DNA from: a virus
Taxonomy: Duplodnaviria; Caudoviricetes
Virus record (IMG/VR): IMGVR_UViG_3300026320_000006
Coordinates: 1 to 55,572 of that record
Length of the DNA: 55,572 nt
Strand: one strand, 5' to 3'
Part shown: positions 35,512 to 45,425 of the stretch, piece by piece
How positions within the stretch are numbered: position 1 is the first letter of the stretch
Layout of the letters: the number at the start of each line of letters is the position of its first letter
The notes under the pieces: generated by a model
Databases searched by the model: none
The model's input: the letters and a program-made list of their open reading frames with translations, nothing else
Told to the model about the DNA's origin: nothing
Made by a program: the position numbers and the translations under genes

Positions 35512-35682
35512 CTACTTGCTCTCCTGCTTCGCTTGCAATTGGCGTTTCCACTCAGCAATACGAGACTCTTCACCGCGCTGAAATGCTTTGATTGCTTGAC
35601 TGTAGGAAGTGAGGCCAGCCGCCTCAAACTTGCGTGCCAGGGCCACTTGCGCATTGGTAACGCCTTGTCCAAACTTTGCCAT
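35512..35682 (-). CDS. 56-aa hypothetical protein
   Basis: GAAAGGA RBS; MAKFGQGVTNAQVALARKFEAAG...; not in ORF track. Confidence 0.65.
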   Translation of the reverse strand: MAKFGQGVTNAQVALARKFEAAGLTSYSQAIKAFQRGEESRIAEWKRQLQAKQESK

Positions 35683-35698
35683 GCCTTTCAGTCCTTTC

Positions 35699-35923
35699 TT
35701 AGCTTATCCAGGAAGAAACTTCTTCCAATACGACATCCCTTACGATGGTGCCTTTCTCGTCGTCGGCAACGCTGGCTTCTAATTGCCGCTTCGCCTCAAT
35801 CGGGCTATCGGCAACGATGGTCATCTCTGCCCTGCCGCCCTCGCGAGGAGGATACTCATTGCCCTGTAAATCAGTCCATGCTCGCGCTACCGGGATGTAG
35901 GAAAACTTGTAAACTTGTGCCAT
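35699..35923 (-). CDS. 74-aa acidic hypothetical protein
   Basis: First gene behind a strong promoter. Confidence 0.65.
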   Translation of the reverse strand: MAQVYKFSYIPVARAWTDLQGNEYPPREGGRAEMTIVADSPIEAKRQLEASVADDEKGTIVRDVVLEEVSSWIS

Positions 35924-35970
35924 TATCTTTCTCGCTTTCTTTACTTGCTGTACCAACTTGGTACACTTCT

Positions 35971-35999
35971 ATTATATTCCGTAATTACGGAATAGTCAA
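35971..35999 (-). promoter_or_regulatory. Consensus promoter with a perfect 20-bp palindromic operator
   Basis: TTGACT-N17-TATAAT; TATTCCGTAATTACGGAATA at 35975-35994. Confidence 0.88.
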
Positions 36000-36052
36000 G
36001 TGTTTTTCATGCCAATTTCCGCATCGTCGGAAAACTCGTTTAGGAGGATTTT

Positions 36053-36610
36053 ATGAACATTTTCAGTAAAGCTGCTCAGAACCTACCACTTACCCCTGCT
36101 CAGCGCGCATTTTTGAAACTCTTAAAAGGCTGGTTTTATACCGCTTTGGGAGTTGGCATCATAGCAGGGGCGCAGTACATCATGGGGACGTCTCTCATTG
36201 ATTGGCAAAAACTTGGGTATATCGTAGGAACCGGTGTCTTGCTCTCTATCTTGCACGCGCTCGACAAGTACTGGACTAGCCAGGGTGACACACCATTAGC
36301 ACTGGCAACAGAAGCTATTGAGCAGAAAATACCGGCACAACCCCCTGCCCAGCCACAAAAAGCGCCACAACCGATCTTATTTGCTGGTGTCAATCCAGTT
36401 CCAAATGCGACAAACACGGTACCTAATGCTGGATTTGGTACGCTTACCAGTGGACCACAACTCTCATTTCCGCCTGCACAACCGTTGCAATTTTCAACGG
36501 TGCGCAACCCACAGCAAATTCCAGCAATCAATCTTGCCGAGGTGCCCCCTGCTCAGTCTCAGGATACACAGCGTCACTTTGGAGATTCGCAAATCATGCC
36601 AACCGTATGA
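36053..36610 (+). CDS. Holin-like two-TM protein with Pro/Gln-rich tail
   Basis: Two TM segments; AGGAGG RBS; downstream of endolysin. Confidence 0.6.
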   Translation: MNIFSKAAQNLPLTPAQRAFLKLLKGWFYTALGVGIIAGAQYIMGTSLIDWQKLGYIVGTGVLLSILHALDKYWTSQGDTPLALATEAIEQKIPAQPPAQPQKAPQPILFAGVNPVPNATNTVPNAGFGTLTSGPQLSFPPAQPLQFSTVRNPQQIPAINLAEVPPAQSQDTQRHFGDSQIMPTV

Positions 36611-36673
36611 CAGGTCATCGGTAGCGCAAGAAAGGCTTCACCAGAGAGGTGTAGGACCGCCTGAACATAAAAA

Positions 36674-36708
36674 GACATCCCGATTTATGTCTAAAAAATC
36701 GGGATGTC
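36674..36708. terminator. Hairpin between convergent late and early arms
   Basis: GACATCCCGATTT / AAATCGGGATGTC. Confidence 0.7.
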
Positions 36709-36734
36709 AGATTTGGCTCTCAGGCACTCTCCTG

Positions 36735-36926
36735 TCATTTTGGCTTGATTTCGTTGAAAAGCGCCTGTTTCATGGCCTCATATGCTCTATTTTCCTGTCG
36801 TTTTTCTCGCTCCTTCTCCAGCCAGATGTAAAACAGCATGGCCAACCCAATGCCACCAACAAGTACACACAGTATGCCAATGACGGCAAAGACCACCAGC
36901 CAGAAAAAGAGAAAGCCGTTAATCAT
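36735..36926 (-). CDS. Small membrane protein
   Basis: Long hydrophobic N-terminus; AGGAG RBS. Confidence 0.6.
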   Translation of the reverse strand: MINGFLFFWLVVFAVIGILCVLVGGIGLAMLFYIWLEKEREKRQENRAYEAMKQALFNEIKPK

Positions 36927-37294
36927 GAATGTGTCTCCTTGTCTTTCTCTTTTGCACGCCGCGCGTGAGTATCGTTCTCTGCCTCTTGCATCAGCCCAAG
37001 TACGATACCAGCATACGGTTCATCCAGGTTAATCACTACGTAATTATTACCGCGCTTCCCCTGGCTGCGCCTATACTCATGCACGAGATCGAGCAAATAA
37101 TCCAATTGCCGGCACTGCTGATCGTCCAGTGCCGCGTGGATATCTTCAATCTTTACCACAAGGAAACGATTTTCTAGCTGCATGATTTTATCGTATTCAC
37201 TCATCGTTTTTGTATCTCCGTTTCCATCGTGATTGTTGCAAATATCCGGGTCAGACGTTGTGTGTATGCCGGTTTGAGCTTTACTGGTTTGCAA
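36923..37294 (-). CDS. Hypothetical phage protein (true start probably near 37204)
   Basis: RFLVVKIED...YVVINLDEPYA. Confidence 0.6.
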   Translation of the reverse strand: MQTSKAQTGIHTTSDPDICNNHDGNGDTKTMSEYDKIMQLENRFLVVKIEDIHAALDDQQCRQLDYLLDLVHEYRRSQGKRGNNYVVINLDEPYAGIVLGLMQEAENDTHARRAKEKDKETHS

Positions 37295-37528
37295 AAAGTA
37301 AGATCATAGATAACCAAATCTCTATCGATACTTTGTCTCACGTGCTTCTCGCGCTTAACTGACGTGATTGGATTTATCCAACGTCTTCTCATCCTGCTTG
37401 AATATCCCCCGTTGCGATCCAATAAATCAATAAAACAAGCACACCTGACAAGAACAGGAGAAGCAACCAGACACAGAGCGTATCAAGGATCTGTTGCCAG
37501 GTGAGCGGAACATGTGGTTGTTCTTCTT

Positions 37529-37891
37529 TCATCGCTCAAACCTCTCATGCAGCAATTTAGACAATGCAGGAACCTCTAGCGTGGCTTCTGTATCGCGCTC
37601 AACTGGTTGCGTTGGTATCTGACTGACCTGGAATGGGTCAGTGTCCACAGGTTTGCTGTTCAGCCACTCATTTGGCAAGAGTTCTAAACGCATACGATGA
37701 AATTGCGCGCGCTCTCGGGCTGGTACTACTCGAACCGTCTGGATTTGCACAGCAGGGGGTTGCACGTTTGGCTCTATCGATTGTGGCTGTTCGGGAGAGC
37801 GTTCCCACACGAAATTTTCAAAATGTTTTGATGTTTCTTTCAGTCCAAACCAGACTTGGAACCAATTGAGAAAACGTTTCACTCGCGACAT
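37529..37891 (-). CDS. Hypothetical protein
   Basis: AAGGAGG RBS. Confidence 0.6.
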   Translation of the reverse strand: MSRVKRFLNWFQVWFGLKETSKHFENFVWERSPEQPQSIEPNVQPPAVQIQTVRVVPARERAQFHRMRLELLPNEWLNSKPVDTDPFQVSQIPTQPVERDTEATLEVPALSKLLHERFER

Positions 37892-37992
37892 AAGAACCTC
37901 CTTACATCAATTTGAGAATGCACACCGCCACAAGCGCGGACAATGGCAAAACGTAGAATAACAGTAGAAAATTATCCAGGGTGAGATGCATC

Positions 37993-38229
37993 TTATTTGT
38001 CCTTTGCTATCTCCTGAACACTCAAATCAGTCAATTCTTGTCCTAAGCGTTTCAGGATATGCTGTACCTTCGGGAATATCTTTGTCTGAAACTTCTCAAA
38101 TGTATCACGTTGACGCGACAATTCCATCAGCATGAGCACACCGTTCAGATCATTTTGAGTTTCAGCAAGCTTCATCATAAAATCAAACAAAGTCAGTTCG
38201 TCGGGGCACTGTGGCTGTTGTTGGGTCAT
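37993..38229 (-). CDS. Hypothetical protein
   Basis: Coupled to the upstream gene. Confidence 0.6.
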   Translation of the reverse strand: MTQQQPQCPDELTLFDFMMKLAETQNDLNGVLMLMELSRQRDTFEKFQTKIFPKVQHILKRLGQELTDLSVQEIAKDK

Positions 38230-38738
38230 AGCACTTCTCCATCGATAATCTTACCGGTGATTTGCCTCTGAGTCGTCAACCCTGGAATGAGTGGTGGCAT
38301 CTTGCCAGAGCGGTAGATTTCATCTAATTGGGGTTCCATCCATTCTCCGATAGTTTGGTTATTGGGTAGAACCGTGTAACTAAGTAATTCCTCTTCCATC
38401 GTGCTGATACCCGATGCAACAGCTTCCAACTTGGCTTTTACCAGCAATGCCAAACCGCGCCACAATCGTTGCTTTTCGCGCTCCCAGGCAGTAGCAACAC
38501 GTTGGGCATGTGAAAGGCGGGCACTATACTGGTTATGTCCAGGATTAAACGAATCAGGACTTGGATACATCAATTCCATACGATAGCGACGTTCATTGAT
38601 CTCAAAAGCGATAGCCGCCCGATTGCCCTGGTCTCCATAGAGAAAACCAGTAGCACCATGCCGCTTCAGGTTCTTTTCAATCTCTTCACGTGAACGTGAA
38701 ACGCTGACACTCGTTCCCTCCGCAAATCTCTTAGGCAT
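38226..38738 (-). CDS. Hypothetical phage protein
   Basis: T.VSVSRSR.EI...L..HGA, WR.L.L.VKAKLEAV..GI. Confidence 0.7.
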   Translation of the reverse strand: MPKRFAEGTSVSVSRSREEIEKNLKRHGATGFLYGDQGNRAAIAFEINERRYRMELMYPSPDSFNPGHNQYSARLSHAQRVATAWEREKQRLWRGLALLVKAKLEAVASGISTMEEELLSYTVLPNNQTIGEWMEPQLDEIYRSGKMPPLIPGLTTQRQITGKIIDGEVL

Positions 38739-38741
38739 CTT

Positions 38742-39344
38742 CTATCCCTCCATCTTTTCCTTTTCTTTCAGCTTTCCAACAGCATCAGCTAAGCTTGAAA
38801 CAACAATGAGATGATCAAATGAACCACCAGCCTCAACTAACGCATCACGGTTAGCCTGTTCATCATCGACAAATAGCACATGTGTTGTACCAAACAAACT
38901 GGCCAGCGTCTGAATGATTCCGGCTTTCCAAGGAACGGTTTTGACGTATCCTTTTATGAAAGCTGAAGTTTTCATGATCAGTAGGGGCCCTGATAGCTCA
39001 TGCTCATAGAGCCAATCATATGTTGCTTTGCGCATGGTTTCAGGTCGGCTGGTAAGGTAGATCACATCGTACCCTTCAACATCAGTAGGATAGCATTCAA
39101 TAAAGCTGATAGCCTCGACAGCACCATCAATCAGAGTATCCATTGACACATACTCAGGATTGAACACCTCACGCCAGTAGAGGTCTGTAGCCTCTTTAGC
39201 GCGTTTCGGTCTGTCATCGTCAATAACGATAGGCTCAGCGCGACATTCAGCTAGAAACGTTTGTTTCTTCGCTTCCGCTCGTTTAAAGCGTTCAGCGCCA
39301 TCGGCAACAACGCCGTCCAGGTCAACAAAAGCAATTCTCTTCAT
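38742..39344 (-). CDS. HAD-family phosphatase (PNKP phosphatase-like)
   Basis: VDLDGVVAD, LTSRPE, FVDD. Confidence 0.8.
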   Translation of the reverse strand: MKRIAFVDLDGVVADGAERFKRAEAKKQTFLAECRAEPIVIDDDRPKRAKEATDLYWREVFNPEYVSMDTLIDGAVEAISFIECYPTDVEGYDVIYLTSRPETMRKATYDWLYEHELSGPLLIMKTSAFIKGYVKTVPWKAGIIQTLASLFGTTHVLFVDDEQANRDALVEAGGSFDHLIVVSSLADAVGKLKEKEKMEG

Positions 39345-39347
39345 GCT

Positions 39348-40214
39348 CTATCTCTCCATCTTTTCAGAAAAACAACACTCGCGCATGGGGCATTTCCTTG
39401 CAAGGGGGTCATCGATTGTTTGGCATACCCGATCTGGATAGCGGCCATGTTTCGCGTGGACAAGCCCGCCCTTGACGTGATAGGCACGCTGGACATAGGG
39501 AAGTGCCATAGAACGGTCGTATTCGACGATCCACACCTTGAATTCCTGATTATTCTTATCTTCGATGAGAATAATGGTATGATCGAGCTGAAGTAAATGA
39601 AGGTATAGATTAGCCTGAATTACGGCTTTGTCAACCGTCTCACAGGCTTTACGGGCCTGATCTAAATTGCTGGTAAGCGATTGGAAACTATCGTGGTTAA
39701 TACCCTTGATTTCAACCGGATACTGCTCACCAGCGAACTCAGAGATGATATCTGGCGAGAAATAAACCTGACGAGTTTCGTCATAATGCGTCAAGTCCAA
39801 CTCGGCAGCAAACCATTGACTGCCAACTAATTTGAGATAGTATTTGAACAAGGCGGGAGGTATACTGTAGGTAATATCACTAGCCTGTTCGTCGGAAATA
39901 GGCGTCCACACCACCTTACCAAATTTGGCAAACATCTTCTGCCAACGCTTGTGTACATCCCAACCATTCTCAAACACGGCCTGCTGTTTCCATTGCCAGC
40001 GCGCTAGCTCAGGATTTCTCACCTCATCTGAGAAAATCTCAGCCAGCACGTGCTTGCGCGTACACCATTCCTGATCAGAGACCAGGAGCGATGAAGCGTG
40101 TAAGCCGGTACGTGGTGGTTGGGATTGTCCCCACTTGAGATAGAGGTCTTCAAACTCTATCTGGATAAGGGCCGCGAGTGTTCGCAGCCCTGGATTGTTG
40201 GAGGAACTAATCAC
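39348..40214 (-). CDS. PD-(D/E)XK exonuclease, Cas4/AddB-like
   Basis: HASSL...C.RK, PD..., EIK, QANLY, C-terminal C..CPMRECC. Confidence 0.8.
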   Translation of the reverse strand: MISSSNNPGLRTLAALIQIEFEDLYLKWGQSQPPRTGLHASSLLVSDQEWCTRKHVLAEIFSDEVRNPELARWQWKQQAVFENGWDVHKRWQKMFAKFGKVVWTPISDEQASDITYSIPPALFKYYLKLVGSQWFAAELDLTHYDETRQVYFSPDIISEFAGEQYPVEIKGINHDSFQSLTSNLDQARKACETVDKAVIQANLYLHLLQLDHTIILIEDKNNQEFKVWIVEYDRSMALPYVQRAYHVKGGLVHAKHGRYPDRVCQTIDDPLARKCPMRECCFSEKMER

Positions 40215-40648
40215 GCTTGTCTCCCATCGTACTCAAGACCCATACGAACAGCAGTATCTTCAAGCGCATAAAACTGAGCAGTCGAAAGACCGTCCCAACT
40301 CACTCTTTCCCCGTCGAATTGTCCATTCAGCAGTTCGTCAGCCTCTGCTTTGCTATGTCCCTTAGATCGTAGTGTCTTGCCGACCTCCCGGATAAAACGG
40401 TTCGGGTGCTTTGTCTGAACCTTGATCTGCATTGATGCCTCCTTTACTTCCTGCTTATCAGGAGATGACAGCACTTTGTCACAGCCTGAACACAGCACCT
40501 GCCAACCTGGATGCAATTTCCAGACATCGACATCAGCCTGAGAGAGTTGCTCATCACCGCTCTCTACTTGCATATTCGCCATGCAGGGAAGGCAATAAAA
40601 CTTGCCTTCCCTGGAGATCGCTACAACTGGATTGGAACTAGAAATCAT
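40211..40648 (-). CDS. Hypothetical protein with N-terminal Zn finger
   Basis: CLPC...CSGC. Confidence 0.55.
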   Translation of the reverse strand: MISSSNPVVAISREGKFYCLPCMANMQVESGDEQLSQADVDVWKLHPGWQVLCSGCDKVLSSPDKQEVKEASMQIKVQTKHPNRFIREVGKTLRSKGHSKAEADELLNGQFDGERVSWDGLSTAQFYALEDTAVRMGLEYDGRQA

Positions 40649-41372
40649 TGTCTCTCTCGCTCACTGCTGAAGACTTGGGAGACGACGGAACAACGGTGAC
40701 ACCGGCGGGGGGAAGCGCGGCCAGGATCATCTCTCTGACTTTCTCGGGGGTCGGAACAAGCGCCTTACCTGCATCAGACATGGCAGAGGGGCCTTTCGGG
40801 AGGATGGTGTAGATAGGATTTGGCGGCTGGTTATCACCGCGCTTGACATCGCTACGTTCGATGATCAGGCCGTATTGCCGGATATCGTGGTTGTCATCCT
40901 CTTTGAAGAGGTTGCGAATGGACGTGTATACCTGATTGATCGAGCCAAATGTCTTGAGTTCGAGGATACGCAAACCGGCCACAGGCTCTTCAAGATCGTC
41001 CTTTTTGTACGTCACCGGAATCCAGGTGCCGTTGTCGTTCTTCTGCTCTACGCTTGAAACATACACCGGCAAGTAGAACACATTGCCCGCGGTCAGTTTT
41101 TTGTCGTTTGCGGCGGCGGTGCAGTGTGGACAATCCGCGCCAAGTTCCTGTGCGCACACGGCGTTGATCGACTGCTTGGGGTCGGCATTGTTGTACTTGT
41201 TGTGCGTTGCCAGCACGATACTCTGACTGAGATTGAATAGGGGACGGACACGGGCTTTCTGCTTGTCTTTGAGACGAAGAAACGTGGGGACGAACGTTCC
41301 CGTTGGGCGCTCTGATGCGCGCTTCTCTTCTTCATCCATTGCTGCCAAGACTTCTGCTTCTGTCATTGCCAT
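40638..41372 (-). CDS. Single-stranded DNA-binding protein (T4 gp32-like)
   Basis: FLRLKD....VR, H...C....CPHC, acidic C-terminal ERDNDF; AAGGAG RBS. Confidence 0.65.
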   Translation of the reverse strand: MAMTEAEVLAAMDEEEKRASERPTGTFVPTFLRLKDKQKARVRPLFNLSQSIVLATHNKYNNADPKQSINAVCAQELGADCPHCTAAANDKKLTAGNVFYLPVYVSSVEQKNDNGTWIPVTYKKDDLEEPVAGLRILELKTFGSINQVYTSIRNLFKEDDNHDIRQYGLIIERSDVKRGDNQPPNPIYTILPKGPSAMSDAGKALVPTPEKVREMILAALPPAGVTVVPSSPKSSAVSERDNDF

Positions 41373-41477
41373 TGTTGAAATTCTCCTTTTCAAAACTAAA
41401 AACTGTAAATGTGGGCAATGGGCAACGATCCGCTTGGGGGAAGTGGTAAAAATCACTTGCCTATCGCCTCTTTCCGT

Positions 41478-41550
41478 AGTATACTCTCGCTTTCAAAACT
41501 TGTCAATACTTTTGAAAATATTTGACAACTTTTCATGACAATGCTATACT
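41478..41550. promoter_or_regulatory. Divergent sigma70 promoter pair, copy 2 (inverted relative to copy 1)
   Basis: TTGACA-N17-TATACT on both strands; 31-bp and 25-bp blocks identical to 1735-1804. Confidence 0.85.
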
Positions 41551-41590
41551 GAGAACACAATAATTGTTTGTTTGCTGGAGGAAGAAACAA

Positions 41591-41878
41591 ATGAATACAT
41601 TGCCACCATTCAGACGCTATGAAACCCTTGCGGGGGTTGAGTATGAAATGCTCAGCAGTAAAGGGAATTGCTACTATACCGTGCCTCTGGTGAGTGGCAA
41701 TGCGACGGGGTGTGAGTGCAAACATGCGGAATTTAACCCGTCCTGCAAGCACCAACGCGAAGCTGAACGGCTTGAAAAGGCTTACCAGCAAGAGAACAAA
41801 CCGCAACCGACAGCAGAGGAAGAAAAACGTGAGTATGCGCCTCTCAATGGGCATCGTGGGTTTTCACTCTATCGCTGA
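41591..41878 (+). CDS. SWIM zinc-finger protein
   Basis: CECKHAEFNPSCKH; GGAGG RBS. Confidence 0.75.
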   Translation: MNTLPPFRRYETLAGVEYEMLSSKGNCYYTVPLVSGNATGCECKHAEFNPSCKHQREAERLEKAYQQENKPQPTAEEEKREYAPLNGHRGFSLYR

Positions 41879-41990
41879 ACCCTTGCAGGGGGTACTGGTT
41901 TCTCAACCGGGAAGCTTCGGGAAACTGGCACTTCCTAGATTAGCCAGAAACTGGCTACCATTGAATACACACACCGTTGGAGATAAACCT

Positions 41991-42644
41991 ATGGCAAAAC
42001 CAAAACTTCTTGATTTGTTCTGTGGAGCTGGTGGCTGTGCTCGTGGCTACCAACAGGCAGGGTTCTACGTGGTTGGTGTGGACATTAAGCTGCAGCCGCG
42101 CTACTGTGGAGATGAGTTCATCCAGGCCGATGCGTTGACGTTTCCGCTCGACGGCTTCGACGTGATACATGCTAGTCCTGTTTGTAAGGGCTATACCGAA
42201 CTCAATTCCAGGCATAAGACAAGACATGAAAAACTCATCTTACCTGTCAAAGAGCGTTTGCAGCGTACAGGTAAACCATTTGTCATTGAGAATGTCGAGG
42301 GTGCAGTTCTGGAATTGCCAGGCTCAATCACCTTATGTGGAACAATGTTTGATCTTCTCGTGTGGCGGCATCGGTTGTTTGAATCTAATATCCTGCTCTT
42401 TGCGCCAGGCCCATGCCAACATAGTCTCCGACCTATCGGCGTGTATGGCGCAACATTTTGGGATTCATCCCAGCCTGGCACACTACGCAAGGATGGAAGA
42501 AGACGCCCCGCTATCACTACGCTCCAGGTTGCTTGTGAAGCGATGGCTATTAATTGGATGACTCACGAGGAATTGACACAGGCCATTCCACCGGCCTATA
42601 CACGCTACATCGGTTTACAACTTATCGATATTCTCAATTCATAG
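41991..42644 (+). CDS. DNA cytosine-C5 methyltransferase-like protein (short phage type)
   Basis: LDLFCGAGG, HASPVC, IENV, R.R.F, QAIPP. Confidence 0.85.
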   Translation: MAKPKLLDLFCGAGGCARGYQQAGFYVVGVDIKLQPRYCGDEFIQADALTFPLDGFDVIHASPVCKGYTELNSRHKTRHEKLILPVKERLQRTGKPFVIENVEGAVLELPGSITLCGTMFDLLVWRHRLFESNILLFAPGPCQHSLRPIGVYGATFWDSSQPGTLRKDGRRRPAITTLQVACEAMAINWMTHEELTQAIPPAYTRYIGLQLIDILNS

Positions 42645-42662
42645 AAACGAGGACTTATCCAT

Positions 42663-43115
42663 ATGACATCATTTACACCTCCACTGACCGTAACTCAACC
42701 ATTCTTTCGTGGCTCTATGCCGCTTCCACCGTCAGTCAATGATAGTTACGAACCACGTGGCAGACGCTCTGAGCATCAAGGCGGTATTGCAGCGACAGCA
42801 GAACTGGTACAGTTCAAAAAAGATGCGGCGCTCATGCTCTCTGACGTAAAGCAGAATCAGTACGACTGGGATATTATCAATAAGCTCAGAGAGTCCAACA
42901 ACAAACGCTGTCAGACACCGTTAGCAGCAACGATCAGGTTCTATTTTCCTACGGAATGGAAACGCGATGTAGACGGGCCGATTAAGGCCGCGCTCGATGC
43001 GGCGTTTGCGCGATTAGGGTTGGATGACCGGTTGGTTGTGAAGTTGGATGTACAAAAGCTGGTCGATCCGGTCGACCCGCACTGTGAAATCGAAGTGTGT
43101 TGTGTGGTCCGGTAG
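42663..43115 (+). CDS. rusA: RusA-family Holliday junction resolvase
   Basis: LPPSVN, RDVDGPIKAALDA, DDRLV. Confidence 0.85.
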   Translation: MTSFTPPLTVTQPFFRGSMPLPPSVNDSYEPRGRRSEHQGGIAATAELVQFKKDAALMLSDVKQNQYDWDIINKLRESNNKRCQTPLAATIRFYFPTEWKRDVDGPIKAALDAAFARLGLDDRLVVKLDVQKLVDPVDPHCEIEVCCVVR

Positions 43116-43130
43116 AGAGGATGAACGCTC

Positions 43131-43736
43131 ATGCTGAATTGTACCATACAATACTTAGAACAGACGAAAGACGGATGGCATATCCGTTTCAGCGGGAATA
43201 ACGACGATTTCTGGCTAATGCTGTCGAAATTTAAAGCAGAACAAAAAATATCCGGCAAGTTTTCTTGCTATTATAACCCGAGATTGTTCGGAAAAGGCGG
43301 CTGGTTCTGCAATGAGGATGTGCTGATCAAGTATGCCGGTGACTTTATCAATTATGCTGAGATGCGCAGATCAGCCGAACGTGAGTGGAAGCTGAAGAAC
43401 GAATACAAACAAGAGACCTGGTGGGGTGATCAAGAGGAATACTACGATCCGCAAAAAGAAAAAGAGAAGCAGCAACAAAAACAGCGTGAACGCGAACAGC
43501 GCGAGTATAAACCTCCAACACGGGTTGATACCTCACTCACTATCACTCAGGCCCTATCGCTCTTAGAACTACCTGCTCCGGCATCACGATTGACTGAAAA
43601 ACAAGTCAAAACAGCATTCCATTTAAAAGCACTGAAAGCTCATCCTGATGTGGGTGGATCCCATGATGCGATGGTGCAACTCAATAAAGCCTATCAATTG
43701 GTGTTGATCTATTGCCAGAAAGCCTATGTAGGATGA
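43131..43736 (+). CDS. Protein with C-terminal DnaJ domain
   Basis: VKTAFHLKALKAHPDVGGSHDAMVQLNKAY. Confidence 0.85.
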   Translation: MLNCTIQYLEQTKDGWHIRFSGNNDDFWLMLSKFKAEQKISGKFSCYYNPRLFGKGGWFCNEDVLIKYAGDFINYAEMRRSAEREWKLKNEYKQETWWGDQEEYYDPQKEKEKQQQKQREREQREYKPPTRVDTSLTITQALSLLELPAPASRLTEKQVKTAFHLKALKAHPDVGGSHDAMVQLNKAYQLVLIYCQKAYVG

Positions 43737-45424
43737 CAGAACAAACAAATTCTGCTCAGCAGGATCAAAATACGCGCGATTATATCAAATCATTACTTGC
43801 TCACCATCTGATTGAGATGGGAGATGTGGGCGAGTGGATACAGATATGCGAACTATTGACAGATGCCTACACACGCAATCCTGATTCGGTTCAAGATGTG
43901 CTTGACACTCTCTGCGAAACAAGAAGATATGCACGACTCAAAAAAATACTGTCCGATGATCCACCCCCGCAGGGGGATATATTCGGGATGCCCGGGCTTC
44001 CGCCCGAGATCAAAGCATTTGAAGCGCGGGCACACGAGGCAAGCCCAACACTGGACGCGATGATCGACTTCTTTCGCTACTGGTGTACTCGCAGCTATGA
44101 TGGCTATCATGAAGCCGTTGCCGTGTGGGTTTTATCAACGATTGCCGCGCGCCGCGTGTGGCTCAACTGGCGTAAAGAGGGTATCTGGACACCGCTTTAT
44201 ATTCTGCTGATATCTGATTCAACGGCACATGCCAAGTCAGAAGCAGCTGCCTATGGAGAGATTATCCTAAAAGCATGTGAATTGGGATATCTACTCGTTC
44301 CCGATGAACTTTCTCCTCAGAAACTGCTCTCCAATATGGCTGGCGGGCAGGTACCACGTAATTACGCAGTCAAAGACGATGACGGGAAAGAATATATTCG
44401 CCTCTCAAAAGCGTTCTCAGGCCAACGCGGCTGGCTCTACGATGAGTTTGGCAACGAACTACAGGAGATCATGCAGGCCAAAGGCGGCTATATGGCGCTG
44501 TTTTATAAGCTGATTAAGAAGCTCTATGACTGCAAAACCTCGTTTACCTATGATACGTACGCACACGATGAACTCAGTATTGTTATGCCTTCTTTGAGCC
44601 TTATCGGGACGGCAACGCCAGCCTGTTTAAAGCCTATTGCATCACCCTATAGCGCCGTCTGGACTGATGGCATGTTTGCACGAATTACATTCGTTGTGCC
44701 GCCTAAAAACGAATTAAAGCTCCAAAGCGCGCCACTCGAATCGTGCAGTGTGCCATGGGGTACTATTCTTCATCCACTTCTTACCTGGCACAACCGATTA
44801 GGGATTCCCTCATGTGAGATTATTGATAATCGCTGGCGCGAGGAAATGATGCAGGAAGCGCATGGCGAGGACAAAAAGCGCAAACGTGAGAACAAGCCTG
44901 ATTTCCAGGTTGAAAAAGGTGATCTTCCACAGTCACAGGTCTGGATGTCTGATGCCGTCTATCAGGCGCACAACGCCTACTACAACGCGCTTGCGACCCT
45001 GGCAACCAATCTGGACGAACGGTTTAAATCAACCTATGGACGCTTACCAGAAAAAGCACTCAGAATTGCGATGTTGCTAGCGTCTCTGGAGGGGTGTCAG
45101 ACCATTGACATGCGCCACTGGGGACGCGGGCAACAAATTACAGAACACTGGCGACGTGACTTTCACGAAATGATTGCTCAGATCAGTTCTGAAGACATGT
45201 CTATACGCAACTACGGCGACAACGAGGCGCAAATCTTAAATGTCCTGACCAAACTTGAGGCAGGAACACATGTTACTGCGCGGTTTGTCTCGCACCAAAC
45301 CGCCAAACTACGCAAATTGGGCGCGCCGGAGGTTCGCAAAATCCTGGACGATCTGGCAGAGTCGTCTGATGTCAATGTGATCAAAGAAGGGACAGGAAAA
45401 GGAGCACTATATGGACTCAAGTAA
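43733..45424 (+). CDS. Putative replication initiator / helicase (DUF3987-like AAA+ with C-terminal wHTH)
   Basis: DSTAHAKS, YDEFG, LYD, GTATP, DGMFAR; followed by iterons and primase. Confidence 0.7.
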   Translation: MTEQTNSAQQDQNTRDYIKSLLAHHLIEMGDVGEWIQICELLTDAYTRNPDSVQDVLDTLCETRRYARLKKILSDDPPPQGDIFGMPGLPPEIKAFEARAHEASPTLDAMIDFFRYWCTRSYDGYHEAVAVWVLSTIAARRVWLNWRKEGIWTPLYILLISDSTAHAKSEAAAYGEIILKACELGYLLVPDELSPQKLLSNMAGGQVPRNYAVKDDDGKEYIRLSKAFSGQRGWLYDEFGNELQEIMQAKGGYMALFYKLIKKLYDCKTSFTYDTYAHDELSIVMPSLSLIGTATPACLKPIASPYSAVWTDGMFARITFVVPPKNELKLQSAPLESCSVPWGTILHPLLTWHNRLGIPSCEIIDNRWREEMMQEAHGEDKKRKRENKPDFQVEKGDLPQSQVWMSDAVYQAHNAYYNALATLATNLDERFKSTYGRLPEKALRIAMLLASLEGCQTIDMRHWGRGQQITEHWRRDFHEMIAQISSEDMSIRNYGDNEAQILNVLTKLEAGTHVTARFVSHQTAKLRKLGAPEVRKILDDLAESSDVNVIKEGTGKGALYGLK

Positions 45425-45425
45425 A

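Noticed and set aside
35116-36069. 317-aa plus-strand ORF
   Set aside because: Antisense to a three-gene operon with promoter and RBSs; composition is not protein-like
39348-40214. Cas4-like gene as part of a CRISPR-Cas system
   Set aside because: No cas1, cas2 or array; it sits beside an SSB-like gene as a typical phage recombination nuclease
40190-40648. Two adjacent genes both starting MISSSN
   Set aside because: Codons differ and similarity stops after 6-8 aa; probably chance
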